64,000 nucleotides of DNA from a candidate division WOR-3 bacterium (GCA_965649265.1 CBFGKC010000009.1:1-64000), one strand, 5' to 3'. Positions 1-10,613 are shown, counted from the first letter of the stretch. A program made the numbers and translations. The notes: generated from the sequence alone by a model not told the origin.

Positions 1-2400
1 TATCTTCCGAACTCCGCCTATCTCGTTTACGGCCCAGCCCTTAAAGCAAAGGAACTCCTGGCTCAGGGCTCAATTGACTGGTTCGGAGATTACCTTCCAC
101 AAGACAAGATTGACCCGGTTCTTCTCGATAAAACCGGTGAAACCCGCGTTGTAATTATGCTCTTCCCGCAAACCGATCTTTCCCAGGTTGCATACGCCCT
201 CGAAAACATGGGGGCCGAGATTCTGAGGACTAATGAGAATGAATGGAACGGCAAGATAATTGCAAGCATGAACACCCGGGACATCTTTAAGGCAGCTTCC
301 ATTGACGGTATTCGCTGGATCGAGCCCGATTATGAGGTTGTTCTTCTTAACAACCGCGCACAGTGGGTGGTACAAACCTGGAAGAACGAAAACCGTCACA
401 TATGGGATAAGGGATTGCACGGCGAAGGGGTTATAACCTCGACTTGCGACTCCGGAGTCAATACCAACCACGTCATGTTCAAGGACTCCACGGTAGATAT
501 CACGACGTGGGGCGATTATCCGACTCATCGAAAAGTTATTGCCTACAAGCCGACGAATACATCCGTCTCCTTCGGCGATGTCGGCGGAATGATAGGCTTT
601 CACGGCACGCATACGGCTTGTTCAGTTTGCGGAGACGACTCTTACTGGCAGAAAGGGTCTTCTTACGACGGAATGGCTCCCAAGGCAAAATTGTACTTCA
701 TGGACTTCGACGGTTCATACTCGGGAATCGCCATGGACTACCGCGATATTTTCAAGCTCCCGTATTACGGAAACACCGCAGGCAAGGCAAAGTTCATTTC
801 GAACAGCTGGGGGCAGGGAACAGGGTATACGACGCATTCATGGGAATCCGATCAGTTCATGTGGGAACATCCGGAGTTTCTGCTGCTCTTCTCCGCCGGA
901 AACGAATACACCGTTTTGCGTTCACCCGGAACGGCCAAAAACATGGTTACGGTCGGAGCGACAGGCAATGCCGAAAGCGCAAGTTACCCCGCCGACTTTT
1001 CAAGTGCCGGCCCTGCGCCTGATGGAAGAGTAAAACCCGATATAATGGCACCCGGTCAGAACATATTTTCGGCGGACGGCGGAGGAACCGAAGGATACAA
1101 GTCATTGGATGGCACAAGCATGGCTTGCCCTATCGTTGCAGGAGCCACCGCCCTGATAGTCCAGTATCTACGCGAAGGCTGGTATCCTACAGGAAATCCC
1201 GTTCCCGCAGACTCCATTGAGCCGTCTGCAGCCCTTCTTAAGGCAATGCTTTTGGCCTCAACCGAAACCGATTTTTACAACATGCCTATCCCCCATTCAA
1301 AAATCGGGTGGGGACGTGTGGATCTTGATTCAGTCCTCTATTTCGAAAACGATAAGCGCAAACTCTTCCTTATCGACGACGATCAGGGACTTTCAACAGG
1401 CGATTACGTAAGTTTTGAGATAGGAGTTGCCTCCGAATCATGGCCGCTGCGAGTGGCGCTTGTCTGGACCGACGCACCACCCGAGCTCTCGGCCTCGACT
1501 CAACTTGTAAATAATCTTGACCTTGAGGTTATTTCTCCCACCGGCAAGATCTACCTTGGAAACAACTTCGAGAATAATTATTCCATAACCGGCGGCGCGG
1601 CGGACACAAGGAACGTCGTCGAGATGGTTCGCATGCAAAAACCATCTGCCGGAACGTGGTCGGTCCGCATCAAGGCCCAGGAGATCCCCGACGGGCCTCA
1701 ACCTTACGCCCTCGTGGTCACGGGAAACATGGAGTATCACAATGTAAATCTGGCGTCCTCGGGAATGTGGATAGACGATTCACAGTCTCCTGCACCCAAC
1801 GGCGGACTCGATCCCGGGGAATCGGTAATCCTTCACCCCCAAATCGTAAATAACGGGGATTACAGCGCGGAAAACGTTCAGGGGACTTTAACGACAACCG
1901 AAAAAGCAATCACAATTTCGGAAGATGAGGCGACGTACGGAACCATTGAAGCGCAGGCAAAATCTTACGGTTCGGGCTTCAGCATTAAGGCATCCAGCAC
2001 CCTTTCAGCAAATAAGGAAGTCCCGTTCACTCTTGAAGTCGAGGCAAATGACGGCGGATACATCGGAATCCTTGAATACCCGGTGATTATCTCACTCGGT
2101 GTGGATGAGAATGAACCAAAACCCGTGCTCTCCCTGGAAATCTCACGCACTCTGTATAAGAGCGACGTAGACGTAAAACTTATCCTGCCCAAATCCGGCC
2201 CAGTACGTCTGGACATGTTCGATAACACAGGCCGACTGGTCAAGACATTACTCGACGAAGCAAACGTGACAGCCGGAACAAAACAATACAATTTCTCCAC
2301 TAACGATGCTTCAGGACATCCATTATCCAGCGGAGTATATTTCTTCCGCTTGAAAACAACCGACAAGGAGTTATTATGCAAGGGTTTAAAACTAAATTAA
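1..2400 (+). CDS. S8 subtilisin-family serine protease (KP-43-like) with C-terminal jelly-roll and FlgD-Ig/T9SS-like domain; 5' end lies outside the window
   Basis: Frame is open from base 1 (YLPNSAYLV...). Catalytic motifs CDSG, HGTHTA and GTSMACP are present, plus the SWG and AGN motifs and a C-terminal ...LSSGVYFFRL tail. Confidence 0.92.
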   Translation, partial: YLPNSAYLVYGPALKAKELLAQGSIDWFGDYLPQDKIDPVLLDKTGETRVVIMLFPQTDLSQVAYALENMGAEILRTNENEWNGKIIASMNTRDIFKAASIDGIRWIEPDYEVVLLNNRAQWVVQTWKNENRHIWDKGLHGEGVITSTCDSGVNTNHVMFKDSTVDITTWGDYPTHRKVIAYKPTNTSVSFGDVGGMIGFHGTHTACSVCGDDSYWQKGSSYDGMAPKAKLYFMDFDGSYSGIAMDYRDIFKLPYYGNTAGKAKFISNSWGQGTGYTTHSWESDQFMWEHPEFLLLFSAGNEYTVLRSPGTAKNMVTVGATGNAESASYPADFSSAGPAPDGRVKPDIMAPGQNIFSADGGGTEGYKSLDGTSMACPIVAGATALIVQYLREGWYPTGNPVPADSIEPSAALLKAMLLASTETDFYNMPIPHSKIGWGRVDLDSVLYFENDKRKLFLIDDDQGLSTGDYVSFEIGVASESWPLRVALVWTDAPPELSASTQLVNNLDLEVISPTGKIYLGNNFENNYSITGGAADTRNVVEMVRMQKPSAGTWSVRIKAQEIPDGPQPYALVVTGNMEYHNVNLASSGMWIDDSQSPAPNGGLDPGESVILHPQIVNNGDYSAENVQGTLTTTEKAITISEDEATYGTIEAQAKSYGSGFSIKASSTLSANKEVPFTLEVEANDGGYIGILEYPVIISLGVDENEPKPVLSLEISRTLYKSDVDVKLILPKSGPVRLDMFDNTGRLVKTLLDEANVTAGTKQYNFSTNDASGHPLSSGVYFFRLKTTDKELLCKGLKLN

Positions 2401-4772
2401 CGTCTGCTTTAAATATTAAACCCGTCGGGTTCCTGTTGTTCCTGTTCCTTCCTTTTGGATTCACGGCGGCCCAGACACTTTATCCTGACGCCCGGATCGA
2501 GGAAACTTCAACACTCATTTGCAGCGACCCGACCGTGATACATCTGCCTTGCGGAATAGAACTGGACACTCGCGCACCCGAAGTTAAGTTGCCTTCTGCG
2601 CTGACACTTTCAAATCCTCAAGAGGGTCTTGGAACCTATATAGTTCAGTTCGACGGACCCATATATGAAGAGGAACGCGCCGCTCTCGAACAAGCGGGAA
2701 CAGTCATTGACGGCTACATTCCGAACTATGCTTATATAGTAAGAATGAATGAAGAAACAAGAGAACAGGCTTCGAGGCTTCCTTTTGTTATCTGGATAGG
2801 CGACTACCAGCCCGGCTTCAAACTCTGCCGGGATATACACCTCGAAGAAACCACACCGCAGGAGATGGATATTATCCTTTACCCCGGAATCGGCGTAGAG
2901 TCGTTTAGAGCATGCGTTGAAAGCGCGGGTGGACAAATGATAGGCGGCCAAGCCGGCGAGTGGGAAACCGTCGTTCGCGCCGTTGTCGCTCCCGATCGTT
3001 TGACCTCGGTTCTCTGTGATTCAAGGGTAAAATGGATAGAACCCTATTACCAATCTTATTTTTACAACGGCAGCGCCCAGTGGGTCATTCAAACCAACAA
3101 ACTCAACGACAGACGTATATGGGATATGGGACTCAAGGGGGAGGGGCAAATCATCAATATCCTCGATTCCGGTGTCCGCACCACTCACAATTTCTTCCGT
3201 GATCCCAACGTCGCCATAAACGATTTCGGCGATTATCCCACCCATCGCAAGATCATTTCATATCAGAAAACAGGCGCGACACAGCCGACTTTCGGGGATG
3301 ACCTCTCTATAGGCCACGGAACACATACATCAGGCTCCGCTCTTGGCAATGACGAGCCCGTCGGAGGCACAAGCACCAATACAGGCATGGCACCGGAAGC
3401 CAAGTTGTATTTTCTTGACGGCGGATCAAGCAGCTACCCCGGGGTGGTATTTATCGGTTTCGACCTTGAATCGAATCTCACGCGAGCGTATTCGGGCGGC
3501 GCACGCATAAGCTCCCACTCATGGGGAAATCAAACAACAAGAGCCTACAACTCATACTGTCAACAAGCCGACAGGGCAATGTGGAACCATGACGATTTCC
3601 TCGTAGTGGTCTCGGCAGGCAATCTTGACCAGGGCCAGTACACAGGCTCACCTGGTAATGCCAAGGACGTAATATGCGTGGGCGCTTGTCAGAATGGAGC
3701 CTTTGCGAAAATGTTCGCAAGCGACATCAGTTCATCCGGTCCTTCAGGTGACGGGCGCATTCGTCCTGATCTTCTCGCGCCCGGTAAGGATATTATGTCG
3801 GCGTCGAGTACGGCAGATGCGGCGGAAAAAACCATGAGCGGTACGAGCATGTCCTGCCCAATCATCGCAGGAAGCGTGGCCCTGGTCCGCCAGTACTTTA
3901 CCGAAGGATGGTATCCGACGGGAACACCGACCGCTTCAAATAAAACCACCCCTTCGGGAGCGCTTCTCAAGGCGATGATGATAAACTCCGTAGAGACCGA
4001 TTACTTCGGCAGACCTGTCCCGGATACCCTTGTAGGCTGGGGCCGACCCAAATTAGATAACGTCCTCTATTTCCCGAACGACTCCCTCAAGCTTTGGCTC
4101 GTAGATTATTCGGCAGGTCTTCAGACCGGCAAGGAATACGTCAAGGAAATTACGCTGGTGGCAAACAAAAAACCTCTTCGCGTAACTCTTGTCTGGACCG
4201 ATTATCCCGCGCAATCAAATGCATCCCCCGCCCTTGTTAACGATTTAAATCTCGAGGTTACGTCACCAACAGGAAAGATATATATGGGCAATAACTTTGC
4301 CAACAAGGTCTCCGTGACCGGAGGCAGCTTTGATTCCAAAAATCCCGTAGAAAACGTTTTTCTTACCTCGCCTGAAATAGGGAAATGGACGGTTAAAGTA
4401 AAAGCCAATAACGTACCCTCCGGTCCTCAAAAATTCGCGCTCGTCATTACCTCGGACGCGAACTCCGGTGTCGAAGAAACCGAAACCATTCCACAAAACA
4501 ACGCTCTTGTGATCACTGAACAATTTCCGGACCGGACATTCTCAGTCGGATTTTATATGCCGCAAAACGGCTTCGCTCGAATCGAGATGTTTGACGCCTC
4601 GGGTCGCCTGGTTAAATCTCTCCTGAGAGACGGGGGGCTTTCGAGCGGTAACAAGAAATACATTTTCGATACGAATGACAGGACTGGACGAAAGCTGCCT
4701 AAAGGAGTATACTTCATAAAGGTTGAAACTCCTTTTATCAGGCAGACTGCAAAACTGCTGGTTTTGAACTGA
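2376..4772 (+). CDS. S8 serine protease with signal peptide, propeptide, jelly-roll and FlgD/T9SS-like C-terminal domain
   Basis: LDSG, HGTHTS and GTSMSCP motifs; hydrophobic N-terminus; LPKGVYFIKV tail; paralog of its neighbours. Confidence 0.92.
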   Translation: MQGFKTKLTSALNIKPVGFLLFLFLPFGFTAAQTLYPDARIEETSTLICSDPTVIHLPCGIELDTRAPEVKLPSALTLSNPQEGLGTYIVQFDGPIYEEERAALEQAGTVIDGYIPNYAYIVRMNEETREQASRLPFVIWIGDYQPGFKLCRDIHLEETTPQEMDIILYPGIGVESFRACVESAGGQMIGGQAGEWETVVRAVVAPDRLTSVLCDSRVKWIEPYYQSYFYNGSAQWVIQTNKLNDRRIWDMGLKGEGQIINILDSGVRTTHNFFRDPNVAINDFGDYPTHRKIISYQKTGATQPTFGDDLSIGHGTHTSGSALGNDEPVGGTSTNTGMAPEAKLYFLDGGSSSYPGVVFIGFDLESNLTRAYSGGARISSHSWGNQTTRAYNSYCQQADRAMWNHDDFLVVVSAGNLDQGQYTGSPGNAKDVICVGACQNGAFAKMFASDISSSGPSGDGRIRPDLLAPGKDIMSASSTADAAEKTMSGTSMSCPIIAGSVALVRQYFTEGWYPTGTPTASNKTTPSGALLKAMMINSVETDYFGRPVPDTLVGWGRPKLDNVLYFPNDSLKLWLVDYSAGLQTGKEYVKEITLVANKKPLRVTLVWTDYPAQSNASPALVNDLNLEVTSPTGKIYMGNNFANKVSVTGGSFDSKNPVENVFLTSPEIGKWTVKVKANNVPSGPQKFALVITSDANSGVEETETIPQNNALVITEQFPDRTFSVGFYMPQNGFARIEMFDASGRLVKSLLRDGGLSSGNKKYIFDTNDRTGRKLPKGVYFIKVETPFIRQTAKLLVLN

Positions 4773-4856
4773 CGAAACGCATGACCGCGTTTCTACAAGA
4801 ATGACAAGGCGAATGATATTCGCCTTGAATAACAAACTAAGCCTAGGAGGAAGCAA

Positions 4857-7800
4857 ATGAAGCAGTTGTTTGCTGCTTTAGTGTTGCCGTTTATGCTCTT
4901 GGCGGCAGAGGAACCGCTTATCAACGGACAAGTCGTTCCCGCGGCAACGTATCTTTACGAAAATCCCTCGACTATTTATCTCCCCTGCGGGATAAATCTC
5001 GATACGAAAAAAGCGCAAGACAATCTCCCATCCAACCTGATGCTTTCTAAAGAACAGGAAGGAACAGGGACTTATCTCGTTCACTTTGACGGTCCGATAT
5101 ACTCCCACGAGCGCGAAGCTCTTGTGCAGCAGGGCGTCATCATTGAAGATTACCTTCCCAACTATGCCTATATAGTTAGAATGGATAAATCAGTTCTTTC
5201 AAAGGTTTCCACTCTCCCGGGCGTTGACTGGGTAGGCGCATACCAGCCGGGTTACAAGATCTGCTCCGAATTGAATCTCTCAAGCAAAATCCCGGAAAAG
5301 CTGGTGGTGATTCTTTATCCGGGTACTGACGCCGAATCCATTCGCAGAACGGTCGAATCACTTGGCGGAACCATGCTCGAATGGCAGGCCACAAAGTGGT
5401 CAACAACCGTTTACGTGAATCTGGCTCCCGAAAAGGTTGGGGCGTTAGTCCAATTGCAGGAAATCAAATGGATAGAGCCTTTCCACCAGATGTACATCCT
5501 TAACGGCCAGGCTCAATGGGTAATTCAAACCTGGGAAAGCGGAAACAGGAAAATCTGGGACAAGGGACTCAAGGGTCAGGGTCAGATACTAGCCAATCTT
5601 GATTCCGGCGTTCGCACGTCTCACAACTTTTTCAGGGATCCGTCGGTTTCGATTACCACATGGGGCGACTATCCCACCCACCGAAAGATAATTGCTTACA
5701 AAAAACCTTTCGTGGAAGAAGGCGATGTTGCCGCCACTTTTGGTGACGAGAACGGACACGGCACTCACACGGCAGGTTCGGTGACCGGAAACGATAAACC
5801 TGTGAGCGGTTCAAGCGTCAATATAGGAATGGCTCCCGAATCCAAGTTTTACGTGCTCGACGGCGGCGGCGGCGGAACAGGAATCGCACACGCGGTAAGT
5901 CTTGAATACAGCTTGACCCTTGCTTATTTTGGAAACAGTGCTGGCGGTGCGCGCATCATCTCAAACTCATGGGGTAACCAGGCAACTAAACTTTATGATG
6001 CGAGCTGTAAAGAATCGGACCAGACCATGTGGGATTACCCCGACTATCTGGTTTGTTTTGCCGCCGGTAATACCGATCAGGCTCAGAACACGGGCTCTCC
6101 CGGTAATGCTAAAAACGTGCTTTGCGTCGGCGCATGCATGAACGGAGCTTCGGCATCAATCGCATCCTCTGTAAGTTCCATGGGACCTCCAGCTGACGGC
6201 AGAGTCAGACCTGACATCGTTACCCCAGGTCAAAACGTCACGTCCGCATATTTCGCTTCGGATGACGGGGAAATTTCTTTCGACGGCACAAGCATGGCAA
6301 CCCCTATCGCCGCAGGCAATGCAGGATTGATCAGACAGTATTTCACCGAAGGATGGTATCCGAGCGGAGCTCCGCAGAACTCGCAAAAATTCACGCCCTC
6401 GGCTGCGCTTCTCAAGGCGATGATGATCAACTCCGTAGAGAAGGACTATTCGGTAAACCCTGTCCCCTCAATGAAGGTTGGGTGGGGAAGACCGAATCTT
6501 GATAACGTCCTTTTCTTCACGGGCGACACCAGAAACCTGGCGATTATCGATTTCGACGAGGGTCTCGAAACAGGCTACCAGTTTCTCGGTGAAATATACG
6601 TTGAGAATTCGGACGAACCGCTGCGCATCACCGTAAACTGGACCGATTATCCAGGCGCGGAAAACGCCAATCCCGCCCTCGTAAACGATCTTAACTTGCA
6701 GGTGGAATCACCCAGCGGCAAGATCTACAAAGGAAACAATTTTTCAAGCAACGCCTCAGCCGAAGGCGGAAGCTTTGACACAAAGAATCCTACCGAAAAC
6801 GTATTCATTGACGCACCAGAAAAAGGTACGTGGACGATACACGTAATAGCCAACAACGTTCCACAAGGTCCCCAGCCTTTTGCCCTGGTGGTTAGCGCGG
6901 ATCTGGTTTCGCTTATCACTTCGGCCTCCATAAACGGCATCGTTGTGGACGACGACGGGCAATCAAACCCCGACGGAAATCTTGATCCCGGTGAGAACGT
7001 AACTCTGTACGTCGGAATAAAAAATGCCGGCAGCGGCGCTCTCTCTAACGTTCAAGCCACCCTCTCCTCAACCTCCTCCGGGATACAGATAACGGACAAC
7101 ACCGCCACCTACGGAACCATTAATCCCGATGCCACGGCAAACGGCGATGGATTCAAGGTGAACGTCCTCTCCTCGGCAACCATCGGCTCCTTCGCCGAGT
7201 TCACATTGACCTTGTCTTCTACCGAGCTTTCGGGTGATCTTGGAGCATTTGAATTGATGATAGGCACACCCAGGTACGACTGGGTCAACCACGACGTCGG
7301 CAACGTGAAATTAACCGTTACTCCTCAAGGCTCCATCGGCGCCACCTCTCCCCCGGGTACGACAGGAAGTCTCGGCGATGGTTTCCGTTACCCCAAAAAC
7401 GATCCTGACACATGGCTCTACTACTCATGTTTCGCCGCAGGCAACTCTTCGACATACATCAATGACCGCTTCTACGGCGACGATGCCAATTACACCAATG
7501 CCAAAGACTGGAAGGTCACAACGACGCCCGACGGCAGGGTAATTATAGGAAGACACGAGTATTCCGATCAGGACAGCAAAGCAATATATGACGATTCCGG
7601 CAATTCGAACAAGAAAGGCCTGAAGATTACCCAGTACGGTTACGCCTGGAAAGATAAAGATTATGTGGCTCTTAAATTCGTCCTCGAAAACACCAGCGGT
7701 TCAGCACTGAATAACATGTATGCAGGCGTCATTGCCGATTACGACATGGGCACACGTTCAGACTCAAATAAAGTCGGCACCGACCAATCACTCAATCTGG

Positions 7801-8447
7801 CATACGTAAAACAGGCCTCGACGGACAATCCTCACGTCGGCATAAAGTTACTAAAGGGCAACAAGGCCAACGTGAGTTGTCTTGAGAATCCCGTTTACGT
7901 TTACAGCGGTTCAACTCACGTGTGGGACGAAGCTACTTGCTTCAAATTCATAAAGGGCGACATCAGCGTCCCGAACTCCGCTACAATTACCGACTGGTCC
8001 GTAGTCACTTCTGCAGGTCCGTTTAATCTGGCTTCAGGCGGAACCGATACCGTTGCCTTTGCTTTTCTTGCAGGCGACAATCTTACCGACCTGAAAGCAA
8101 ACGCTACCGATGCACAGGCCACATGGGACGGCCTGGATTTCTTTGCGGTGACTGAAGGCCCGGAAGGTCCGGAACCACTTGATCTTACACTGACTCCTGG
8201 ACTCATAACCGGCCGAGGATCGATATGCTTCTCGATTCCCAAATCGGCTAACGTCCGCCTCGACGTTTTTGATCTTGCAGGACGTCACGTCAACACACTC
8301 GTGAACGGCAACCTGAATGCCGGCCAGCACGAGATATTCTGGAACGGCCGCGACGGCAAAGGAACCCAGATATCGAACGGCGTTTACTTCATAGTTCTCA
8401 ACACCCCGGACGGAACCGTAGTCGGCAAAACCGTGATTATCAAGTAA
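4857..8447 (+). CDS. Large S8 serine protease (1196 aa) with extra beta-rich domains and FlgD/T9SS-like C-terminal domain
   Basis: AGGAGG SD and signal peptide; LDSG, HGTHTA and GTSMATP motifs; ISNGVYFIVL tail. Confidence 0.93.
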   Translation: MKQLFAALVLPFMLLAAEEPLINGQVVPAATYLYENPSTIYLPCGINLDTKKAQDNLPSNLMLSKEQEGTGTYLVHFDGPIYSHEREALVQQGVIIEDYLPNYAYIVRMDKSVLSKVSTLPGVDWVGAYQPGYKICSELNLSSKIPEKLVVILYPGTDAESIRRTVESLGGTMLEWQATKWSTTVYVNLAPEKVGALVQLQEIKWIEPFHQMYILNGQAQWVIQTWESGNRKIWDKGLKGQGQILANLDSGVRTSHNFFRDPSVSITTWGDYPTHRKIIAYKKPFVEEGDVAATFGDENGHGTHTAGSVTGNDKPVSGSSVNIGMAPESKFYVLDGGGGGTGIAHAVSLEYSLTLAYFGNSAGGARIISNSWGNQATKLYDASCKESDQTMWDYPDYLVCFAAGNTDQAQNTGSPGNAKNVLCVGACMNGASASIASSVSSMGPPADGRVRPDIVTPGQNVTSAYFASDDGEISFDGTSMATPIAAGNAGLIRQYFTEGWYPSGAPQNSQKFTPSAALLKAMMINSVEKDYSVNPVPSMKVGWGRPNLDNVLFFTGDTRNLAIIDFDEGLETGYQFLGEIYVENSDEPLRITVNWTDYPGAENANPALVNDLNLQVESPSGKIYKGNNFSSNASAEGGSFDTKNPTENVFIDAPEKGTWTIHVIANNVPQGPQPFALVVSADLVSLITSASINGIVVDDDGQSNPDGNLDPGENVTLYVGIKNAGSGALSNVQATLSSTSSGIQITDNTATYGTINPDATANGDGFKVNVLSSATIGSFAEFTLTLSSTELSGDLGAFELMIGTPRYDWVNHDVGNVKLTVTPQGSIGATSPPGTTGSLGDGFRYPKNDPDTWLYYSCFAAGNSSTYINDRFYGDDANYTNAKDWKVTTTPDGRVIIGRHEYSDQDSKAIYDDSGNSNKKGLKITQYGYAWKDKDYVALKFVLENTSGSALNNMYAGVIADYDMGTRSDSNKVGTDQSLNLAYVKQASTDNPHVGIKLLKGNKANVSCLENPVYVYSGSTHVWDEATCFKFIKGDISVPNSATITDWSVVTSAGPFNLASGGTDTVAFAFLAGDNLTDLKANATDAQATWDGLDFFAVTEGPEGPEPLDLTLTPGLITGRGSICFSIPKSANVRLDVFDLAGRHVNTLVNGNLNAGQHEIFWNGRDGKGTQISNGVYFIVLNTPDGTVVGKTVIIK

Positions 8448-8468
8448 CACAAATGCAATTTTGACCTT

Positions 8469-8493
8469 GAGGGGGCCCCAGGCCCCCTCTTTT
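8469..8493 (+). terminator. Intrinsic terminator after the protease cluster
   Basis: GAGGGGGCC-CCA-GGCCCCCTC followed by TTTT. Confidence 0.75.
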
Positions 8494-8662
8494 ATTACAC
8501 GAAGGGATTGATAAAAGGCTCTCCCAATAAATGATCACCATTAATTTTCAAGATGCGGTGAAAAAAAACTCACAAATCTGGAATAAAGTCATTTCGTAAG
8601 AATAGTTGACGAATGCATCTTATTCAAATATACTTCGCGGTGAGTGCAAGAAAAAGGAAATC

Positions 8663-9580
8663 ATGCCGGCAAATTTAACACCGCAGTACAGGGAAGCCGA
8701 AGAGCGCTACCGCAGGGCTATAACCAACGAGGAAAAGCATGCCGCGCTCAAGGATATGATAGCGCTTCTGCCCAAACACAAGCACACCGAAAAGATGTTT
8801 GCAGACCTTAAGAAGAAGCTTTCTGTACTCGAACGTGAGATGAAATCCAAGCCCAAGTCCGTCTCTTCCCGCAGGGAAAAAATGTTTAACATACCCAAGC
8901 AGGGCGCAGGCCAGATTGCCCTTCTCGGCGCACCGAACACCGGCAAATCGTCTCTGTTCGTCGCCCTCACCGGTGCGGACTCGGTAATAGCCGAGTGGCC
9001 TTACTCCACTCAGCAGCCGATAGTCGGAATGATTCCTTTCGAGAACATTCAGTTTCAACTGGTGGACATGCCTCCGATGATCGATGAAAACACGGAACCT
9101 TGGCAGTGGGGAATCCTTCGCAATGCCGATCTTGTGCTTGCTCTTTTTGAGGCTTCATCTGCCAAAGATCAGATACCCCGAATCAAATTGGAACTCGAGC
9201 GTTACAGCCTCGATAAGATTCTCTGGGTCGCGGCCAAGATGGATCTGCTCGCGAACGGCATCATGCCCACCTACGAAGTAGGCTCGCTTTTCGTATCTGC
9301 AGATCAACTCATCGGTCTGGACGAACTGACACGCGCGATATTCACGAGTCTCAACATCATTCGAGTATATACGAAACAACCTGGAAAGGAAGCTGATTTT
9401 TCCGACCCTGTGATCCTCAAGCGCGGCTCGGTGCTTATCGATGCAGCCGTACACCTTCACAAGGATTTCGCCGAAAACCTTACCTTCGCAAGATTGTGGA
9501 ACAAGGAAAACGATGGGATAAGGGTTGCACGCGACTACTTGCTTGTGGACGGTGATGTGGTCGAGTTCCACACCCGTTAA
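8663..9580 (+). CDS. DRG/OBG-like GTP-binding protein with C-terminal TGS domain
   Basis: MPANLTPQY N-terminus, PKHKHTEK, GAPNTGKSS P-loop, DMPP and IIRVYTKQPG...DGDVVEFH TGS domain. Start moved to ATG 8663 (AAGGA SD; the upstream TTG is part of a -35 box). Confidence 0.88.
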   Translation: MPANLTPQYREAEERYRRAITNEEKHAALKDMIALLPKHKHTEKMFADLKKKLSVLEREMKSKPKSVSSRREKMFNIPKQGAGQIALLGAPNTGKSSLFVALTGADSVIAEWPYSTQQPIVGMIPFENIQFQLVDMPPMIDENTEPWQWGILRNADLVLALFEASSAKDQIPRIKLELERYSLDKILWVAAKMDLLANGIMPTYEVGSLFVSADQLIGLDELTRAIFTSLNIIRVYTKQPGKEADFSDPVILKRGSVLIDAAVHLHKDFAENLTFARLWNKENDGIRVARDYLLVDGDVVEFHTR

Positions 9581-9602
9581 GATTCGCCAGGACTCTCGCT
9601 CA

Positions 9603-10367
9603 TCAACCTTCTTGATTGAACGCTTTGAAAGAATCGAGCGTTTTCAGGTCTTCCGCGAGTTCATCCATATCCTCGTGAGCGGTAAGATCCAGATGAAGCG
9701 GCGTGACTGAGATATAGCCCTCGTCAATGGCCTCTGTATCCGATCCCTTGACCAGTATGCTCGACATCTCGCCTGAAAGTATAAGGTGACATTCGCCGTT
9801 TTCGTTTCTCGTCCGGCTTACCACATCCTTGTATACCCGTTTGCCAAGTCTAGTCACACGAACACCCTTGGGCTCGCAAGGCGGAATATTAACACTCGAG
9901 AAAACAGGACGTGACGAATTGAGAACCATCTTCGAAAACTCACGAATAAAAGCAAGTGCCGAATCGGTTATATTAAGACCGCGTTCTGTCGAAAAAGCAA
10001 GCGAGGGATAACGCAGGATTCGCCCCTCCATAGCCGCGGCAACGGTGCCCGAGTAAAGCACGTCGTCGGCAAGATTGTACCCCACGTTGATACCTGATAC
10101 AACAAGGTCTATCTTCGCATCCATTATGGAGTGGTGGGCTAGAAGTACGCAGTCGGTAGGGGTGCCAGCAATAGCGATGTGATTAGAATCCCTTTCGAAA
10201 ATACGAACCGGTTTTCCGATAGTCAAGCTGTGACTTGACCCTGACTGTTCCTCTAGAGGAGCGATCACGAAAAGCTCACCCAGGCCTTCAAGCATCCGCT
10301 CGAGAAGCTTTATTCCCGAAGCGTCGATTCCGTCATCGTTGGTCACGAGTATCCGTTTTGGAGACAT
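9603..10367 (-). CDS. surE: 5'/3'-nucleotidase SurE
   Basis: ILVTNDDG, SGSSHS, GTPTDC, VVSGIN and YSGTVAAAMEG motifs. True start is ATG 10367; the longer ORF reads through a repeat tract. Confidence 0.96.
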   Translation of the reverse strand: MSPKRILVTNDDGIDASGIKLLERMLEGLGELFVIAPLEEQSGSSHSLTIGKPVRIFERDSNHIAIAGTPTDCVLLAHHSIMDAKIDLVVSGINVGYNLADDVLYSGTVAAAMEGRILRYPSLAFSTERGLNITDSALAFIREFSKMVLNSSRPVFSSVNIPPCEPKGVRVTRLGKRVYKDVVSRTRNENGECHLILSGEMSSILVKGSDTEAIDEGYISVTPLHLDLTAHEDMDELAEDLKTLDSFKAFNQEG

Positions 10368-10372
10368 CCCGG

Positions 10373-10400
10373 ATTGTAGCAGCGATTCCACCAAGGTCAA
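10373..10400 (-). promoter_or_regulatory. Sigma70-type promoter of surE, apparently leaderless
   Basis: TTGACC-16 bp-TACAAT-5 nt-ATG, with no SD. Confidence 0.7.
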
Positions 10401-10475
10401 CCCACCCCGTAACACCCCGTAACACCCCGTAACACCCCGTAGCACCCCTAACACCAGTAACACCAGTAACACCCC
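10401..10475 (-). repeat. Family A tandem tract (GTGTTACGGG-type), 9-10 bp units
   Basis: CACCCCGTAA x3, CACCCCGTAG, CACCCCTAA, CACCAGTAA x2; abuts the surE -35 box. Confidence 0.95.
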
Positions 10476-10613
10476 ATTGCATGCAGTGACGCCTCCGAAA
10501 CACATTCAATAATGCATACCTATTTCCGCCGATTACTTCTGGTGCGATTCTTTAGTAATCTCCTTCTCCCTCATTGCAAGTGACGGAATGGATTCTGGAA
10601 GATACGGGGAAAA

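Noticed and set aside
10368-10505. N-terminal extension of SurE in the ORF track
   Set aside because: It runs through the promoter and the A tract; SurE homology starts at MSPKRILVTNDDG.
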